NCBI RefSeq assembly: GCF_000284455.1
Contig: NC_017039.1
Span: 2,910,001 to 2,942,000 of the forward strand
DNA: 32,000 nt
Origin: Synechocystis sp. PCC 6803 substr. PCC-P
Lineage (GTDB): Bacteria; Cyanobacteriota; Cyanobacteriia; Cyanobacteriales; Microcystaceae
Direction: 5' to 3'
The notes under the pieces were generated by a model that made no database searches, was not told the origin of the DNA, and saw only the letters and a program-made list of their open reading frames with translations. The position numbers and the translations under genes were made by a program. Numbering within the stretch: the first letter of the stretch is position 1; every line of letters begins with the position of its first letter. This document shows positions 27,460 through 32,000 of the stretch, in pieces.

Positions 27460-27632
27460 TTTACCCCCATGTCATGGCAGATTACTGGTGTTTCCCTTAG
27501 TCGGGTGCCCGGAAGCAAACCCAGGGTTTTCGATCCAATCATAGCGGATTCTTTCCTCGCCAATCTCTTTAGGTTTTGCAAAACTTAAATTAACCTCCAA
27601 TAAATTTCTCTTCCCAGTTTTTGCTCCCCATG

Positions 27633-28343
27633 TCGAATTTTTCCCGAGCCGTTGACCAAAAAACTTTATTAGTTGCGGGTTGCGACACAGGGGTGGGGAA
27701 AACGGTAACTACTTCGGCGTTGGCGGCCTACTGGTGGAAGTGTGGCAAAGATCAGTCTTTCGGACTAATGAAGTTGATGCAGACTGGTCTGGGGGATGAC
27801 GAGCTTTACCAACAATTATTCGGCCATCTGACCCGCTGGGATGTGGTGACGCCGCTGAAATTTGCTACGCCCCTAGCTCCTCCTTTGGCCGCTGACCAAG
27901 AAGGAAAAACCATTGATTTGGGAGTAGTCTGGCAGACTTTGCAGACAATGCAACAAAACCATGACCATGTACTGGTGGAAGCCCTGGGTAGTTTGGGTTC
28001 CCCCGTTACCCACGAACTGACAGTGGCGGATATTGCCGCCCTTTGGCGTTTGGAAACTATTTTGGTGGTGCCGGTGCAACTGGGGGCCATGGGCCAGGCG
28101 ATCGCCCAGGTGGCCTTGGCCAGACAAACTAAGGTCAAACTGAAGGGCTTAGTGCTCAGTTGTGCTAGCCCGGAGGCGGAGGGCAAGGTGGAAGACTGGG
28201 CCACTCCAGCTATGTTGGAATCCTTTACCCATTTGCCGGTTTTGGGGATTGTGCCCTACCTAACCGAGTCGGAGCGGGAAAATTTATCTCGTTTAGCGGA
28301 GATTACGGCCCGATTTGGCCTGGAAAAATTAGCCTATTTTTAG
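27633..28343 (+). CDS. bioD: Dethiobiotin synthetase
   Basis: LLVAGCDTGVGKTVTTSALAAYW (P-loop), GLMKLMQTG, VLVEALGSLGSPVT, VVPVQLGAMGQAIAQVALAR. Likely ATG at 27633 (MSNFSRAVDQ). Confidence 0.9.
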   Translation, partial: SNFSRAVDQKTLLVAGCDTGVGKTVTTSALAAYWWKCGKDQSFGLMKLMQTGLGDDELYQQLFGHLTRWDVVTPLKFATPLAPPLAADQEGKTIDLGVVWQTLQTMQQNHDHVLVEALGSLGSPVTHELTVADIAALWRLETILVVPVQLGAMGQAIAQVALARQTKVKLKGLVLSCASPEAEGKVEDWATPAMLESFTHLPVLGIVPYLTESERENLSRLAEITARFGLEKLAYF

Positions 28344-28393
28344 GTTAATTCGGTTGAATATAAACCGATTTAAATAATACCCAGCCCCTAGTT

Positions 28394-29494
28394 TTATCGA
28401 ATTTTTTCCTGTCCTCGGCAAGCTTCCGGCAGAATCACCATGGCATCTCCAAAGGAGTAAAATCGGTACCCTTTGGCGATCGCCGTTTCGTAAATGGCCA
28501 TTAACCGGGGGCGGCTGATTAGGGCACTGACCAACATTAATAAACTGGATTTGGGCAAGTGAAAATTGGTAATCAGCCCATCCACTAAGCGCCATTGATA
28601 ACCGGGGTAAATAAACAAATCCGTCTGGCCCCGAAAGGGTTGCAGGGGTTGCCGGGGAAAATCACTTTCCTGGGCCATGCCTTCCAAACAGCGCACCACC
28701 GTGGTGCCCACCGCAAAAATTCTGCCCCCACTGGCCCTAGTTTTTTCAATCACTTCCACCGTCGTTGGAGGTACATCAATCCATTCTTGGTGCATTACGT
28801 GGTCGAGAATATTTTCCGCTTCCACGGGGCGAAAGGTGCCAATGCCCACATGGAGAGTAACTTTCGCTGTCTGTACTCCCTGTTGGGCTAGTTTTGTGAA
28901 CAATTCCTCGGTGAAATGTAACCCCGCTGTGGGGGCCGCCACCGCTCCTAATTTTTCCGCATAGATGGTTTGATATTGGTCATTCGTGGCTTGGCGATCA
29001 CCGATGTAGGGAGGAAAGGGAATTTCACCATAGTCTGGCAACACATCCCAGAGTCTTTGTCCCGGCTCCAAAACAAATTCTAATAACCGTCCCCCCGTGG
29101 CATCGTCCCGTTGCAAAATGGTGGCCCAGAGGTCGGGCTTTTCCCCATCCCTGGCGGGAAATTTAACTTTGGCCCCCAGCTTTAATCTTTTGCCTGGCTT
29201 GACTAGGGCAATCCATTGGTTTTCAGTACACTCTGTCAAGAGTAAAATCTCCACTGCCACGCCATTTTCTTTTTGGCCATGGAGACGGGCGGGCATTACC
29301 TTCGTGTCATTGAGGACTAATAAATCCCCCGGTTTCAGATAGTTACCCAAATCATAAAAATGTTGGTGGTCCACGGTGAATGGGTCTTTCACCACCAGTA
29401 GACGGGAATGATCCCGGGGAACGGCGGGGGTTTGGGCAATACAATCTGCAGGGAGATGGTAATCGTAACTACTAAGATATTTGTCCTGGTCCAT
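28394..29494 (-). CDS. queA: S-adenosylmethionine:tRNA ribosyltransferase-isomerase
   Basis: [89 protein letters not shown]. Confidence 0.97.
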
Positions 29495-29583
29495 GGATGG
29501 TCGAAATGCGAAAAATTTTAAAAGACAGAGACAGTAAAAAATAAAGTCCTACAGGCTTTAACCCTTAACAATTATCCAAAAAT

Positions 29584-30711
29584 TTAGGTCGAAACCACTG
29601 AAACTTCAGCGGGCTGTTCCCCAGATTTTTTCGGTAATCCCCGCAGGCGATCGCTCGTTGCTTTGATAACGCTGGCTAGGGGCACCGCCACCAACAGACC
29701 CAAAACTCCCCCTAATTTACTGCCTACAAACAAAGAAACAATAATCCAAGCAGGATTTAAACCGGTGCGGTTACCCATCAAACGAGGGGAGATGACATTA
29801 TCATTAATTTGCCCCACAATCACCGCCGCCAAAAGAATTTTTACCCCCAACCAAAAGTTTTCCAACATTAGCAACAGACTAATGACAATAATGCTTAAAG
29901 CACTGGCAAAAGGAATCAAAGTGCTTAGACCGATGGTAATGGCAAAAAGGATGGCATAGGGGGCTTGGAGTAGGGTAAACACAACCATTTGAGCCACCGA
30001 GAGAATACCCGCTAAAATTGCCTGGGTGGCAAAATATCCTTCAAAGGTATCCCGAATTAAATTTTGCAAATCTCTCTGCCAAGGATGGGGAAACCAGCTA
30101 AAAATGCCATCCCAAATTTTTTCTCCCCCCAGCACCAGGAAAATGGTCAGCACTAACAGGATCAAGCCATTAATACTGGTGCTAATGGTGACCCCCACTA
30201 GCCCCAACAGTTGATTGCCAAAGGAATTGAGAATGCGGCTTAACTTTTCAATTGCCTGACTGATCAGGGGTTGGAGGTCCACCTGGAGATTGGCGTAATG
30301 CTCATTGACCCAAGCTTGTAGCATCAGCAGTTGGGCGTTGCCGGAACGGAACCAGCCGGGTAAGTTATCCAGCAGTTGTCCCAATTGGTCGATCGCCAGG
30401 GGAATGACGATTAACAGAAAAAGACTGATGACGACCAGGGCAATGAGTAGAACGCTAGCCACCGCCCAGGGTCGTTTGAGACCTTTTTCCACCAAAATTC
30501 GGACGGGAATATCTAATAAAAAAGCTAGTAGGGCGGCCGCCACCAACAAACTACTGAGGGGTTGCAAAAAACCCATGGCTTTGTAGATTAACCAACCGTT
30601 GAGGAAAAAGAGAGGAAAGAGCAGACTCAGCCGGAGCCAAGGGGGGGATTGTTTCAGTTCTTCCAACATGGCGGGCGCAGACAGACTATCAACTACGGGG
30701 GCAATGTTCAC
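29584..30711 (-). CDS. AI-2E/PerM family transporter
   Basis: Multiple TM segments; NVISPRLMGNRTGLNPAWIIVSLFVGSKLGGVLGLLVAVPLASVIK signature region. Confidence 0.9.
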   Translation of the reverse strand: MNIAPVVDSLSAPAMLEELKQSPPWLRLSLLFPLFFLNGWLIYKAMGFLQPLSSLLVAAALLAFLLDIPVRILVEKGLKRPWAVASVLLIALVVISLFLLIVIPLAIDQLGQLLDNLPGWFRSGNAQLLMLQAWVNEHYANLQVDLQPLISQAIEKLSRILNSFGNQLLGLVGVTISTSINGLILLVLTIFLVLGGEKIWDGIFSWFPHPWQRDLQNLIRDTFEGYFATQAILAGILSVAQMVVFTLLQAPYAILFAITIGLSTLIPFASALSIIVISLLLMLENFWLGVKILLAAVIVGQINDNVISPRLMGNRTGLNPAWIIVSLFVGSKLGGVLGLLVAVPLASVIKATSDRLRGLPKKSGEQPAEVSVVST

Positions 30712-30827
30712 CTTAACCTAGCCAGGGGCATTTGGCGATCGCCGATCGGGGGGTTCAGTTTATTACTGCCAGTTTTCCTAGAAAGATTAAGTAATCCGCC
30801 CATTGGGGAAATTTGGCTGAATTGAAG

Positions 30828-31562
30828 CTAATTTTCTGCCAAAAACCGCTGATAGCTCTCACTTAATTCCTTCACTGCCACTTCATAAAACCGTTGGCCA
30901 TGTTCTGGGGTAGCCAGGGCCGGATTGGAGCCCATGCGGCCATCAGAATAATGGGCCCGGAAATCTTGGGCACTATAAATACTATGGCCTGAGGCAACTT
31001 CCGAATTTAACGGCGCAGTTTTAATCGCTTCGGGGTAAACAAATTGGGTTACAGCCACTTCACTGGGGGTGGCGTGGGAACCTTCTTGGTCACTGTAGAG
31101 TTCCTTGGCTAATTGATATACTCCCCTGGCCATGAACCAATTACCCACCTGACAACGGACATCTTGGCCATGGCTGCCCAAATGGTGATAGGTTTCGGAA
31201 AAAGCGGCTTTGAGGGTGGCAATATTTCCCCCATGGCCATTGATGAAGTAAAAACGGCTAAAACCGGCGTTGGCTAAACTACTGACGTAATCCATAACAA
31301 CCTGGATCAGGGTACTGGGACGCAAACTAATACTGCCGGGAAAGGCCAAATGATGCAAAGCCATGCCGACGTTAATGGTTGGCCCCACCATTGCTCCAGT
31401 TGCTTCCCCCACTCCTTTGGCGATCGCCTCCGCACAAATGGCATCGGTACCGATCAGACCAGTGGGGCCGTGCTGTTCCGTAGAACCAATGGGAAAAATA
31501 ATGCCGCTGGAAGACTGTAGATAATTTTCGACTTCGGGCCAGGTGGAGAGGTGCAATTGCAT
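30828..31562 (-). CDS. Creatininase family protein (metal-dependent amidohydrolase)
   Basis: SSGIIFPIGSTEQHGPTGLIGTDAICAEAIA, NVGMALHHLAFPGSISL, YFINGHGGNIATLKAAF, DQEGSHATPSEVAVT are creatininase/MftE metal-binding motifs. Confidence 0.92.
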   Translation of the reverse strand: MQLHLSTWPEVENYLQSSSGIIFPIGSTEQHGPTGLIGTDAICAEAIAKGVGEATGAMVGPTINVGMALHHLAFPGSISLRPSTLIQVVMDYVSSLANAGFSRFYFINGHGGNIATLKAAFSETYHHLGSHGQDVRCQVGNWFMARGVYQLAKELYSDQEGSHATPSEVAVTQFVYPEAIKTAPLNSEVASGHSIYSAQDFRAHYSDGRMGSNPALATPEHGQRFYEVAVKELSESYQRFLAEN

Positions 31563-31597
31563 GGTGGGCTTGGGCTAAATGGGCTAACTAGTTCCAT

Positions 31598-32000
31598 CTA
31601 CCTTAAAACAGGTTCAGAGAAAATAGTTTTACCATTCTTGGTTACCCGTAACTGTTGCCGGTCCACCCAATAGGTATAGGCTCCATTGGTGGCGTAGTAG
31701 GTGCCGCTGTCGGTGATTAGCACATCCATCACATTAATCTGGTCGCCATTGTTTTTATTAACGCCCCGGTAGAAAATTTGTCCGTCGTAGGTTTGGCAAA
31801 TATAGGCTAGATAAGTTTTGGTTTCATAGGCTTCCACCACTTCCGCCCTGGGACAACCTCGAATAATTTCCGCTAGTAACAATTGGGATGGTAATGTTTG
31901 TAACCCAGTTAGCGGAGAGGCGATCGCCGTTGCACTACCAGCTTTTAATGGGATGGGGGCCAGCAAAGTCGTTGCTACTGTCAAAGCCCCAAGCCATCGA
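31598..32000 (-). CDS. Hypothetical secreted protein, 5' end beyond window
   Basis: Open frame continues past the TTG at 31984 to the window edge (RWLGALTVATTLLAPIPLKAGSATA...). Hydrophobic/signal-like N-terminus and C-terminal SGTYYATNGAYTYWVDRQQLRVTKNG. Confidence 0.6.
   Translation of the reverse strand, partial: RWLGALTVATTLLAPIPLKAGSATAIASPLTGLQTLPSQLLLAEIIRGCPRAEVVEAYETKTYLAYICQTYDGQIFYRGVNKNNGDQINVMDVLITDSGTYYATNGAYTYWVDRQQLRVTKNGKTIFSEPVLR

Overview
This window reads as an ordinary cyanobacterial chromosome segment. Gene content, order and the frequent HIP1 octamers (GCGATCGC) closely match Synechocystis sp. PCC 6803 as I recall it; I could not run a database comparison. Left to right it carries: a partial CobW/COG0523 GTPase, Ycf66, a TolB-like beta-propeller protein, light-dependent protochlorophyllide reductase (por), a lipase-3 family protein, dapL, a DedA protein, an MscS-like channel with a C-terminal cNMP-binding-like domain, an 865-bp IS5-family element inserted into a degenerate IS701-like transposase fragment, an exbB-exbD-exbD cluster divergent from a futA-type iron-binding protein gene and a Pro-rich TonB-like gene, a pentapeptide-repeat lipoprotein, a substrate-binding-protein/hybrid-kinase pair, a GNAT protein, a beta-trefoil (AbfB-like) secreted protein, purS/purQ, an EamA-type transporter, a duplicated DUF4214-like secreted protein, an exported FAD oxidoreductase, a DUF2808-like protein, prs, bioD, queA, an AI-2E/PerM protein, a creatininase-family protein and a partial secreted hypothetical. 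I saw no CRISPR array, rRNA or convincing tRNA. The best candidates for follow-up are: (a) the iron-uptake energisation module containing a non-canonical TonB-like protein; (b) the stand-alone solute-binding protein placed 2 bp upstream of a hybrid kinase with a degenerate receiver; (c) the MscS-cNMP protein with an altered phosphate-binding cassette; and (d) the nested transposon locus, with reading-frame continuity across the insertion. Nothing here is clearly an entirely novel system.
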